DNA from: Candidatus Latescibacterota bacterium
GTDB lineage: Bacteria > Latescibacterota > UBA2968 > UBA8231
Assembly (NCBI GenBank): GCA_965221775.1
Contig: CBDCSU010000005.1
Coordinates: forward strand, 1,248,001-1,312,000
Direction of reading: 5' to 3'
DNA length: 64,000 nucleotides
Below are positions 8,250-16,733 of this stretch, piece by piece (position 1 is the stretch's first letter; each line of letters starts with the position of its first letter). Under the pieces are notes generated by a model. It ran no database searches. It was given only the letters and a program-made list of their open reading frames with translations, and had not been told where the DNA came from. The position numbers and the translations under genes are program-made.

Positions 8250-9056
8250 TCAGCTCGTCCTGTTCTTCTCCAGCCAGGAGACCGCGAAGTCCACCACGTC
8301 CCGCTGCGGCATCAGCTGGCTGTCGGCGAGACCGACCCGGCCGCGGCGGACCGCATGGCCCGCCTCCGACTGCAGGTAGTCCTCGCCCACGCGGTCGAAG
8401 TCGGAGCTGTCGGTCTCGAACTCGGAGAAAGCGACCCATCCCGCGGCGGCCGGCGCCCCGTCCTCGATGGTCCGCTTGGTGGCATAGTCGGCCCGGTACT
8501 CCGCCAGGTGCATGGAGGTGTTGCGCTCATGTCCCACGCCGAGGAGCAGGACATGGGCGTGCAGGTCGTAGAGCCGCCCGAGGGGCGAGTCCTCGCCCAG
8601 GCCGTTGGCCAGGGAGTGGTCGGCGGTGATCACCTGCGCCCGGGGGCCGCGCGCGCAGACCGAGACGTGGGGATGGTCGCTGCGCAGGACCCCCGCCTGC
8701 TTGCGGAAGGTCTCGGGGATGACGCCCATGGCGCGGGTCGGCGTGAGGTCCGGGTCGAAGGCCGGCATGCTCTCGCGGATGACCGGCCACCACGACTCGG
8801 GCACGGGCGGGTTCTCCCACCGGCTCGGCTCGGTCAGGTCGCTCGTGTGAGTGGGCATGACCAGGGTCCCGTCCGGGCCCAGGGCCTCCTGAAGGGCGAG
8901 GATGACGGCCACCGGCCCGCCGCAGACCCACCCCATGGCGCTCAGGGAGGAATGGACAAATGCGACCATGCCCGGCGTTACACCGAGGGCCCGGAGATCG
9001 GCGGTCAGCGATGCCACGGTGGCGGGGGTTTCCGTCTCTGAAACGAGTTTCTGCAT
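8250..9056 (-). CDS. AAC(3)-family (YokD-like) N-acetyltransferase
   Basis: VHSSLSAMGWVCGG, GTLVMPT, RSDHPHVS, SPLGRLY, LLGVGHERNTSMHLAE motifs; start likely ATG 9056. Confidence 0.9.
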   Translation of the reverse strand: MQKLVSETETPATVASLTADLRALGVTPGMVAFVHSSLSAMGWVCGGPVAVILALQEALGPDGTLVMPTHTSDLTEPSRWENPPVPESWWPVIRESMPAFDPDLTPTRAMGVIPETFRKQAGVLRSDHPHVSVCARGPRAQVITADHSLANGLGEDSPLGRLYDLHAHVLLLGVGHERNTSMHLAEYRADYATKRTIEDGAPAAAGWVAFSEFETDSSDFDRVGEDYLQSEAGHAVRRGRVGLADSQLMPQRDVVDFAVSWLEKNRTS

Positions 9057-9126
9057 GGTGAACAGAACGTAGGCATCCACCATGGGCGGGACCACGAGTC
9101 ACCCGCCGTTGGACTATCCTTGAGTG

Positions 9127-9924
9127 ATGACAACTCCGATCCAATCCCCCTGGGTCATCGCCGGCATCGACCTGGCCGGCTCGCCCGCGAGACCGACTGG
9201 CGTCTGCATCCTGACCGGGGACCGCGCACGCACGCAGCTGGCCTTCGAGGACACCGAGATCCTGGACCTGATCCGCGCCACCGGCCCGGACCTCGTGCCG
9301 ATCGACGCGCCCCTCAGCCTGCCGCCGGGCCGTCGGGAGATCGGCGACCGCAACGGCGAGCACTTCCGGCCGTGCGACCGCGAGCTGCAGCGGCGGGGCA
9401 TCCGCTTCTTCCCGATCACCCTGGGGCCGATGCGCATGCTCACCGAGCGCGGGCTCAGGCTCAAGGCTCAGATCGAGGCGGAGGGTTTCGTGCCCGTGGA
9501 GTGCTACCCGGGCGGAGCCCTCGACGTGTGGGGGCTGCCGCGGCAACAGCACGACCGCGAGGGGCTGCGCAGGGGTCTGGCCCGGCTGGGAGCGCGGGGG
9601 CTGCGGGCCGGACTGAGCGGACACGAGCTCGACGCGGTGGCCGCGGCCCTCGTGGGACGGGACTTCTACATCGGGACAGCCGACATGATCGGCGGCGAGG
9701 ACGGCATGCTGCTGCCGCTGGCGGAATGTTGCCTCCGCCAAGTTGCCGCGCCGGGAGGCGCGCCATACCCTCACGCCGAGAAGCAGGACGATACCCGAAA
9801 GAGGACACATGACAACTCCGATACAGTCCGGCGAGCGCTTCCCGGAAGAGAAGACGCGGGAGATCGCCGCCGCCTTCCGCAAGGACGGTTTCGCTCACGT
9901 CCCCGGCGTGCTCGAAGAGGGTGA
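9127..9924 (+). CDS. DUF429-domain (RNase H-like) protein
   Basis: AGIDLAG...PIDAPLSLP...RPCDREL...VECYP...HELDAVAAA; C-terminal tail overlaps the next gene. Confidence 0.8.
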   Translation: MTTPIQSPWVIAGIDLAGSPARPTGVCILTGDRARTQLAFEDTEILDLIRATGPDLVPIDAPLSLPPGRREIGDRNGEHFRPCDRELQRRGIRFFPITLGPMRMLTERGLRLKAQIEAEGFVPVECYPGGALDVWGLPRQQHDREGLRRGLARLGARGLRAGLSGHELDAVAAALVGRDFYIGTADMIGGEDGMLLPLAECCLRQVAAPGGAPYPHAEKQDDTRKRTHDNSDTVRRALPGREDAGDRRRLPQGRFRSRPRRARRG

Positions 9925-10657
9925 GATGCAGGCGCTGCGGGACAAGACGGACGAGCTGCTCGATGATCCCCAGCTCGCGGAAGTGGAAGATCCCTGCCTG
10001 CACGACCGCCGCCACGTGCAGATGTCCCGCGGCGACACGAGGCGCCCCTTCATCCTGCGCGGCACGATCGCCCTGGACGGGATCTTCAGGGACATGCTGG
10101 TGCGCGAGCCCATCCTGGGCCTGGCCGAGGCGGTGGTCGGACCGAACTGCCGGTTCTGCGGTCAGAACGTGCTGCGCAACGAGACCGGCGTGGCCATCGA
10201 GAGGTGGCACGTCGACGGCTCCCTCCACTTCCCGGTGCCCGAGGACGTGCCCCGCCACGACCCCCGGATCCCGCCGCCGGTGCTGTGGATCACGGTGCAG
10301 ATGGCCCTCACCGACATCGACCGGATGGAACACGGGCCCACACAATACGTCCCGGGGAGCCACCTCTCGGGGAAGGACCCCAACGACCCGGAGAACCCGG
10401 AGTTCGAGGGGTGCGGTCCGGTCTCCGTGCTCTGCAAGGCGGGAGACATCTACCTGCAGGATCCGCAGTGCTGGCACCGCGGGGCCCCGAACACATCCGG
10501 CCGCACCCGCTACCTGATGCAGTCACAGTACGCCGTGGACTGGGCCTACCGTCGATTCGGCTGGATGAACCGGGTCCCGGTCCCGGAGAGCGAGGGCCCG
10601 CCCGCCGGCAGCCGCCTGGAGCAGTTGCTCGGGGGGCGGCATCCGCCGCCGGCTTAG
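9809..10657 (+). CDS. Phytanoyl-CoA dioxygenase family (Fe/2OG) protein
   Basis: WHVD, GPTQYVPGSH, WHRG..N...R motifs; GAGGA RBS before ATG 9809. Confidence 0.88.
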   Translation: MTTPIQSGERFPEEKTREIAAAFRKDGFAHVPGVLEEGEMQALRDKTDELLDDPQLAEVEDPCLHDRRHVQMSRGDTRRPFILRGTIALDGIFRDMLVREPILGLAEAVVGPNCRFCGQNVLRNETGVAIERWHVDGSLHFPVPEDVPRHDPRIPPPVLWITVQMALTDIDRMEHGPTQYVPGSHLSGKDPNDPENPEFEGCGPVSVLCKAGDIYLQDPQCWHRGAPNTSGRTRYLMQSQYAVDWAYRRFGWMNRVPVPESEGPPAGSRLEQLLGGRHPPPA

Positions 10658-10678
10658 GGGGGAGTTCCCTGCGCGGGG

Positions 10679-11620
10679 TCAGGTGTTGAGAGCGGGCCCC
10701 CAGTACTTCCAGAGGTTCCGCGGCACGTCGTAGCGCTCGAGCTTCCGCCCCGGGTGATCCAGCGGCAGAAAGCCCGTCCCATGCGCCTTCTCCGCGGGCC
10801 GGTCCTTGTCCGGCGGCGGGGGCGTCCACGGCTTGCCGTCCTTGTCCGGGAACATGACCATCGGCGCCTGCTCGCGCATCTTCCGGTGGGAGTAGCGCGC
10901 GAACTGCGCCACCCGCGGCTGGCGTGACCCCGCCTCGTTCGCCGAGTTGACGTGGGTGGTGAGGCCGTGGAGCAGCATCGCGTCCCCCGCTCTCCCCGTC
11001 ATGCACTCGACCTCGCCCACACGCGGGTCCCCATCCAGGATCGCCCGGTGTCCGCCGCTGCGCACCGGCTCCGTGAACAGGTAGGAGCCGTCGAAGCGCT
11101 CCGGGTGCTCCAGGAAGTAGCGGTGGTTCGCCAGGTGTGACCTCGGCCAGTACGCGGTGCCGCCGCCCCTGGGGCTGCTCACGTCCCACAGCAGCACCAC
11201 GAAGAACGCCATGAACCCACCGCCCCAGCCCGTGGCGTACCCATCGAGGTGACCGTCGACAGGCGGGGCCCACTCCGTGCCCGGGGCGCTCGGCAGGATC
11301 ACCCGCGTCATCGGCACCTGCGGCGACCACGGCCGCCCCGCCGGATGGGAGGGAGCGAAGGCGCCGCCGCCGAGCTGCGCCACGATGGACTGGAGGCCGG
11401 GCAGGTCGTACAGGCACGGGCTCAGCTCCGGCCACCCGCCCTGGGGCGCATACCGCCCGGCCGGCCAAGTGGCCGGGTCGTCGAGATCGACGCCGTCGCC
11501 GGAGCAGGCGCGGCGGAACTCCCCCCGCCATCCCTCCAGCACATCGGGAGGCACCAGCCCCGGGACCGGGACCGCCCCTTCCGCCTTGAACTCGTCCAGT
11601 TGCGCGGTTGTCAGCAGCAT
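10679..11620 (-). CDS. Phytanoyl-CoA dioxygenase family protein
   Basis: GHLD, GGTAYWPRSH, GDAMLLHGLTTH motifs. Confidence 0.8.
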   Translation of the reverse strand: MLLTTAQLDEFKAEGAVPVPGLVPPDVLEGWRGEFRRACSGDGVDLDDPATWPAGRYAPQGGWPELSPCLYDLPGLQSIVAQLGGGAFAPSHPAGRPWSPQVPMTRVILPSAPGTEWAPPVDGHLDGYATGWGGGFMAFFVVLLWDVSSPRGGGTAYWPRSHLANHRYFLEHPERFDGSYLFTEPVRSGGHRAILDGDPRVGEVECMTGRAGDAMLLHGLTTHVNSANEAGSRQPRVAQFARYSHRKMREQAPMVMFPDKDGKPWTPPPPDKDRPAEKAHGTGFLPLDHPGRKLERYDVPRNLWKYWGPALNT

Positions 11621-12297
11621 GCTCGTCCTATCGCCGAGGGAAGGCCTTCCCAGTCGGAAGTCGTTTCGTCCGGGAGTTCATCCGGCACTCGCGGTTCCTG
11701 GGCAGCATATCTGCCCTGCCGGAACCAGATGGTCCGCATGCCCAGCCTCTTTGCCGGGATCACATCGTTGTCGAGCCGATCGCCAATCATGATCGCCTCT
11801 GAAGGCGGGAATCCTGCGTGGTCGAGTATTGTACGGAAGAACCCCTCATCAGGCTTCTTGATCCCGATGGTTCCCGACACCTCCCTGTGGCGGAACCAGC
11901 GCAGCACACCCAGCTCGTCGAGGACCTCCGTGATGCTGGCCGGAGCGTTTCCCGCCAGGGCAAGGGTGTACTCCTGGGCGAGCTGCTCGAGAGCTGCAGC
12001 GGCTCCGGGATACAGCTCCAATCCGAGGGCCCGGATCTCCGGGTAGTGCGATCGGACCTCGGCGGTGATCTCATCGAAGAGTCCCACGTCAGGCCTGGCG
12101 AAGTGCCAGGTGATGGCGTGCATGGGGCTTGGAACGAACTGCAGCATCTTCTCGCGATCCAACTGCTTGTACTCATCAACAGACAACTCGAAGCCGAACT
12201 GGGCGAGCGCGCCTCGATGGGCTTCCATGAGGGCGTCCTGGTGACCGACGGCGTCGAGAATCGTCTCCCCAACATCGAAGAGCAACACGGAACTCAT
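11611..12297 (-). CDS. HAD-family hydrolase
   Basis: LFDVGET, KKPD, MIGDRLDNDVIPAKRLGM. Confidence 0.88.
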   Translation of the reverse strand: MSSVLLFDVGETILDAVGHQDALMEAHRGALAQFGFELSVDEYKQLDREKMLQFVPSPMHAITWHFARPDVGLFDEITAEVRSHYPEIRALGLELYPGAAAALEQLAQEYTLALAGNAPASITEVLDELGVLRWFRHREVSGTIGIKKPDEGFFRTILDHAGFPPSEAIMIGDRLDNDVIPAKRLGMRTIWFRQGRYAAQEPRVPDELPDETTSDWEGLPSAIGRACC

Positions 12298-12728
12298 CCC
12301 ATTGACTCGCGGAGAAACTCGATCTTGTCCCCACAGTTGCCGGAAAGCTCGGGAAGCGCGTTGACATCCGCCCAGAAGAATTCGAAGGGGTGGATGACCG
12401 ATCCGTCCTCTGCGAATTCCCCATGGCACCAGATCTCCTTTGTCGGCCCTTCCACGGACAAATGATAGAACCACCGATACTGCAGCTCATCACTCCCCCA
12501 ATCCCGCATGTCCCGCGTATCCTGCGCCAGAAGCCGCTCAAGTCGGAGTCCAGTCAGACCGGTCTCCTCCCTTGCTTCCCGCATCACGGCATCGTCGGGA
12601 ATCTCGCCAGCCTCGATCGTCCCAGCGGGCACCTGAACGCCCGCTTCCGGCGCCCCGGGCTGAGTAAAGAGCAGAAGGCGGTGCCCCTTGGTGATATAGG
12701 CGTAGGCTCTGTGGCGGAGGGATCTCAC
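12294..12728 (-). CDS. NUDIX hydrolase
   Basis: Nudix box PAGTIEAGE...AVMREAREETGL. Confidence 0.9.
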   Translation of the reverse strand: MRSLRHRAYAYITKGHRLLLFTQPGAPEAGVQVPAGTIEAGEIPDDAVMREAREETGLTGLRLERLLAQDTRDMRDWGSDELQYRWFYHLSVEGPTKEIWCHGEFAEDGSVIHPFEFFWADVNALPELSGNCGDKIEFLRESMG

Positions 12729-12734
12729 GGCCGA

Positions 12735-13472
12735 CTACCTCTTCCTCACCACGAAGAATGCCCGTCTCCCCAGCTCGTAGGGATCGCAGTCGAGTGACGA
12801 ATAGACATCGCACACCTCGAAGCCCACCTCGGCAAAGAGATGCGTCAACTCCCGAAATCCGTAGACCTGCATCGAACTCGTCCTGGTCTCGGTGACTCCT
12901 TTCGCAATCAGGGTCCATTCACAATCGATGCGGGCCTCCTCGTGCCGGTAGTTCCTCTCCTCCAGGACAAGCGTCTCACCTGTCCTGCTCCAGCTGCGGG
13001 GCTCGAATCTTGGCAGCAGTGTCTCCGCCACGTTGGGAATGTCCAGGGCAAACCGCCCGTCCGTCTTCAGGGCTCGATGCACGGCTTCGAGAAACCGCCT
13101 GTTGCCGCTGTCGTCGAAGTATCCGAAGCTGCCCCAGAAGCAGAATGCCACATCGAACCTGTCGGACCACGGCAGGTCCCTCATGTCCGTCTCGACAAGC
13201 TCAAGATCGAGGTTCCCTTCCTCTGAAGCGGATCGCGCATCCTGAAGCAGGGCCGTGGTGATGTCGACACCGGTCGCGCTGCATCCCCTCTGAGCCAGGG
13301 GAATCGCCAGTCTGCCGTTGCCGCACGGCACATCGAGGACCCGGGATCCCGGCTTCAAGTCGAGGACGCGCTCGAGAAAGTCCACCTCCTCCGGGGTGCG
13401 GCCTGCCCGCACCTCTCTTTGAAGGTCCAGCCAGTGGCCTGCGAAGAAGGTCTCCCACCACTCGGCCGTCAT
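12735..13472 (-). CDS. Class I SAM-dependent methyltransferase
   Basis: VLDVPCGNGR motif I, DMRDL, SFGYF. Confidence 0.92.
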   Translation of the reverse strand: MTAEWWETFFAGHWLDLQREVRAGRTPEEVDFLERVLDLKPGSRVLDVPCGNGRLAIPLAQRGCSATGVDITTALLQDARSASEEGNLDLELVETDMRDLPWSDRFDVAFCFWGSFGYFDDSGNRRFLEAVHRALKTDGRFALDIPNVAETLLPRFEPRSWSRTGETLVLEERNYRHEEARIDCEWTLIAKGVTETRTSSMQVYGFRELTHLFAEVGFEVCDVYSSLDCDPYELGRRAFFVVRKR

Positions 13473-13573
13473 GGCAGTGCTCGGATTCGCTTCACAATGC
13501 TATCCATTGCGGGTGAGTATCCCTCTTCCGTCGAGACATGGGTGACGATGATGCACTTGGGTTTGCTGCTCAT
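13469..13573 (-). CDS. Possible 34-aa small ORF or gene fragment
   Basis: MSSKPKCIIVTHVSTEEGYSPAMDSIVKRIRALP; ATGA overlaps with both flanking genes. Confidence 0.35.
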   Translation of the reverse strand: MSSKPKCIIVTHVSTEEGYSPAMDSIVKRIRALP

Positions 13574-14985
13574 CGCTTGGAATGGGCCGCACTGGCCAGC
13601 TCCCGCAACACGTCGACCGCGAAGAGCACGTCCTCCCGCCGGCAGTCGAACTGTCCGACCTGGAAGCGGATGACGAACTGCCCCTCGTGGATGGTGTGGG
13701 TCAGGTAGATCCGGCCGTCGTCGTTGACCGCCCGGAGCAGGCCCTCGGTGGCGGCGTTGGCATCCTCGCCTTCGGGGGCGTACTGGAAGGTGAAGAGGGA
13801 GAGGTGGCACTCCGTCGTCAGGCGGAAGCCTTCCAGCGAGGCGATGGCGGCGGCGGCCTCCCCGCCCCAGGCGATGTGGTTCCGGATGCGTTGGCGGAGG
13901 TCCTCAAGGCCGTGGGCGCGCAGCAGGAACCAGAGCTTGAGGGCGCGGAACCGCCGCCCCAGGGGGATCGTCCACTCGCTGTAGTTGGTGATCTCGCTTT
14001 GGCCGAGGGTCTGGAGGTAGTCCGGGCGGACGCCGAGGGTGCGGATCTGCGGTTCGGGGTCCGCCAGGAACTGGATCGAGCAGTCGAACTGCGCACCGAG
14101 CCACTTGTGGGGATTGAAGGCGATACTGTCGGCTCCCTCGACGCCGTCCCACAACTCCCGCAGCTCGGGACAGATCATCGCCGAACCCGCCCACGCGGCG
14201 TCGACGTGAACGTAGAGATCGTGCTCACGCGCCACTTCGATGGACTCGCGCATTCGGTCAGAGGCACCGATCGATGTGCCGCCGACGCACAGGACGACCC
14301 CGGCCGGGAGGAGCCCCGCCGCGCGATCCACCTCGATTGTCGTGTGCAGGGCCTCCGGATCGAGGGCCCACGAACCATCGGTCGGAACCTTGACGAGGTG
14401 CTGCTGGCCGATGCCGGCGATGCGGACCGCCTTGTCGATCGACGAGTGGGTCTCGGGTGAAGCGTATACGCGGAGCTGCTGCTCCGCCGCCACCCCGGAG
14501 TCGTTCCCTCGCCAGCCGAGGGCGCGCTCGCGCATGGTCAGCACGGCGCAGAGATTCGCAGTGGTCCCCGTATCCTGAATGACCCCCTGGAACCCCTCCG
14601 GCAGCCCGAGGGCCTGGCGCATCCAGTCGACCATGCGGCTCTCGATCTCGGTAGCGGCCGGGGAGGTCTGCCAGAGCATGCACTGGGCCGCCATGGCCGA
14701 CGTCAGGTTCTCCGCGATCATCGAGACCGGCGCGGCGTTGGCGGGGAAGTAGGCGAAGAAGCGCCGCTGCTGCCAGTGGGTCATGCCGTCCGGGACGATG
14801 CGCTCGAAGTCGGCGAAGATCGTCTCCATCTCCACCGGCTCCTCCGGTGGAGCGGCCGGCAGCATCGCCGCGATCTCACCCGGTGACGTCTGGGCCCGAA
14901 CGGGCCGCTCCTCGAGCGTGGCCAGGTACTCGGCGCCCCACCGGGCCGCCCGCTCAGCCCATGGATAGTAGTCTTCCCGTCGCAT
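13570..14985 (-). CDS. PLP-dependent aromatic L-amino-acid decarboxylase (group II)
   Basis: THWQ...FFAYFP, SPAATEIE, HVDAAWAG, FNPHKW (PLP lysine), LGRRFRALKLW. Confidence 0.92.
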   Translation of the reverse strand: MRREDYYPWAERAARWGAEYLATLEERPVRAQTSPGEIAAMLPAAPPEEPVEMETIFADFERIVPDGMTHWQQRRFFAYFPANAAPVSMIAENLTSAMAAQCMLWQTSPAATEIESRMVDWMRQALGLPEGFQGVIQDTGTTANLCAVLTMRERALGWRGNDSGVAAEQQLRVYASPETHSSIDKAVRIAGIGQQHLVKVPTDGSWALDPEALHTTIEVDRAAGLLPAGVVLCVGGTSIGASDRMRESIEVAREHDLYVHVDAAWAGSAMICPELRELWDGVEGADSIAFNPHKWLGAQFDCSIQFLADPEPQIRTLGVRPDYLQTLGQSEITNYSEWTIPLGRRFRALKLWFLLRAHGLEDLRQRIRNHIAWGGEAAAAIASLEGFRLTTECHLSLFTFQYAPEGEDANAATEGLLRAVNDDGRIYLTHTIHEGQFVIRFQVGQFDCRREDVLFAVDVLRELASAAHSKR

Positions 14986-14996
14986 GAGGCCGGCCG

Positions 14997-15929
14997 TCAC
15001 CCCTCGAGACCTTCGATGCGCCCGAACTCCTTCAGCGCCTTCAGTATCTCCACGGTCAGGCAGCTCTTCCACTGCTGTTCCGCCTGCTCCCAGGCTTCCT
15101 CATACTGGCCATACCAACTCCACGCGGGCGACCAGGACCCATCCGGGTTCTGATGCTCGATGTCGAAGTCCAGGTTCATGTCCACTTCGCTCTTCAGCGC
15201 GTCTGCCAGCATGGAGGTGGGCGCAGGGGCCAACCAGAGGGGTCTGGCCGAAGGCTGCTCCAACTCCTCGGGTGAGCCCGCGGCCACGTACCGGGCCCTC
15301 CGAGCCAGCACTTCCGTCAAGGTGCCTTTCCACGGTTGCGGCAGGCCCGCTGTCTCGGCCAGATGAACATAGCAGAGGAAATCGTACATGTTCATCTCGT
15401 CCGGCAGTGCTCCTGCATGCTCCACGACCTCTTCCGTGAGCTGCTCGACCAGAGCTGCGGGTGCAAGCTCGCGATACTCATGCAGGTAACCCACGACCTC
15501 GGCGCGAGGATTGGCCAGGAAATGGCCGAAGGTATCCGCCGTATTCTCGAAGTTCCACCACGGCGCATGGGGGAAGTCATCCACCTCGGGCGGAACGATG
15601 GGCCAGATCCTGCGGGTCGAGTCGTATTGCGCCATCAGGTATTCGATGGCCTTCTGCACAATCTCATCCTCGCTGGTTGCGCCGACCTCCCTGAGAATGC
15701 GCAGCGCCATCGTTGTCGTAAGGACGGATGAGCCAGGCATCTGGACATCGGGCTCAAGGCCATTGCCGAAACCGCCATCGTCATTCTGATAGTTGGGGAG
15801 TTCCTCCATGACCGCGGCGGCGGGACCGTTGTCGAAGTAGTGGGACAGAAGCCGTCGATCCAGGTCGCGCCCCTGCTCGGCCACGAAGGTCCTTGCTCTC
15901 TCGAATGCCTCACCCTTCAACAGCTTCAT
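14997..15929 (-). CDS. Prenyltransferase/squalene-cyclase-repeat-like hypothetical protein
   Basis: YQNDDGGFGNGLEPD and HQNPDGSW QW-type repeats; HAPWW motif. Confidence 0.7.
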   Translation of the reverse strand: MKLLKGEAFERARTFVAEQGRDLDRRLLSHYFDNGPAAAVMEELPNYQNDDGGFGNGLEPDVQMPGSSVLTTTMALRILREVGATSEDEIVQKAIEYLMAQYDSTRRIWPIVPPEVDDFPHAPWWNFENTADTFGHFLANPRAEVVGYLHEYRELAPAALVEQLTEEVVEHAGALPDEMNMYDFLCYVHLAETAGLPQPWKGTLTEVLARRARYVAAGSPEELEQPSARPLWLAPAPTSMLADALKSEVDMNLDFDIEHQNPDGSWSPAWSWYGQYEEAWEQAEQQWKSCLTVEILKALKEFGRIEGLEG

Positions 15930-15932
15930 GTC

Positions 15933-16544
15933 TCATGGCTCCTGAGGCGTCAGCCCATTCGCTTGATAGAATCCCTCGACCTCGGCCGATGACCCAAGAC
16001 GCAGGAACCGGATGTGCCGCCAGCGGGGCTCGGACATGTAGAGGCGCATGTCGCGGCGCTTGCGCGCGTGCTGGGTGACGATCCACCACACGAGGGAGTC
16101 CTCCTTCTTCCAGACCATCAGCTGCGGCCAGAACCGCTCGTAGTTGGTGCCCCACAGCAGCTCCTTCGACCGCCAGCGGGTCCACGATCGCCGGAGCACG
16201 CGCCAGACGAGGAGGTGCATGGGCAGGTCCAGCCAGATGACAGTCTCCAACCGCGGCCAGAAGACGCGCTGCGAGAAGCTCGAGTACGAGCCGGCCACGA
16301 CCCATGCATCCCCAGCCGTCGCCTTCGCTATGAGACTCTCGAACTCCTCGGGATCCGTCTCGTTCCGGCCCACCCAGCCGGGCTGCCAGTTGAGCGCATC
16401 CAGCTCCACGAAGGGGACTTGGAGGGCGGCCGCCAGCCGTTCGCCAAAGACGCTCTTGCCGGAGCAGCTGTTGCCCATCACGTGGATGCGCCGGCCGATC
16501 TTGCCCGAGCCTAACTCGTCCATCGCCCGCGCTTGCTCAAGCAC
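15933..16544 (-). CDS. Adenylate kinase-like / topology modulation (FlaR-like) P-loop protein
   Basis: GNSCSGKS, ELDALNW.PGW, WVVAGSY, IWLDLP; start uncertain. Confidence 0.8.
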   Translation of the reverse strand: MLEQARAMDELGSGKIGRRIHVMGNSCSGKSVFGERLAAALQVPFVELDALNWQPGWVGRNETDPEEFESLIAKATAGDAWVVAGSYSSFSQRVFWPRLETVIWLDLPMHLLVWRVLRRSWTRWRSKELLWGTNYERFWPQLMVWKKEDSLVWWIVTQHARKRRDMRLYMSEPRWRHIRFLRLGSSAEVEGFYQANGLTPQEP

Positions 16545-16655
16545 TCAACGATCGCGCCACTGTCTCGTGCGCCCCGGCTTCAACTTGCCACGCTTGATCG
16601 CGCCGGCCTGATTGACGCTGGCCACAAGGTGGTCGAGGTCGGGCTCACTCATCAT
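16545..16655 (-). pseudogene. N-terminal fragment of an XRE/NadS-like antitoxin lacking its HTH
   Basis: MSEPDLDHLVASVNQAGAIKRGKLKPGR behind an AGGAGG RBS, terminates early. Confidence 0.4.
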
Positions 16656-16733
16656 GCGCCTCCTATGCGCAAGTGACGCATAGCGCACAAGACGCTGTGG
16701 TCGGCAGTCAGACGCTGACTGAGTTCCCACACT

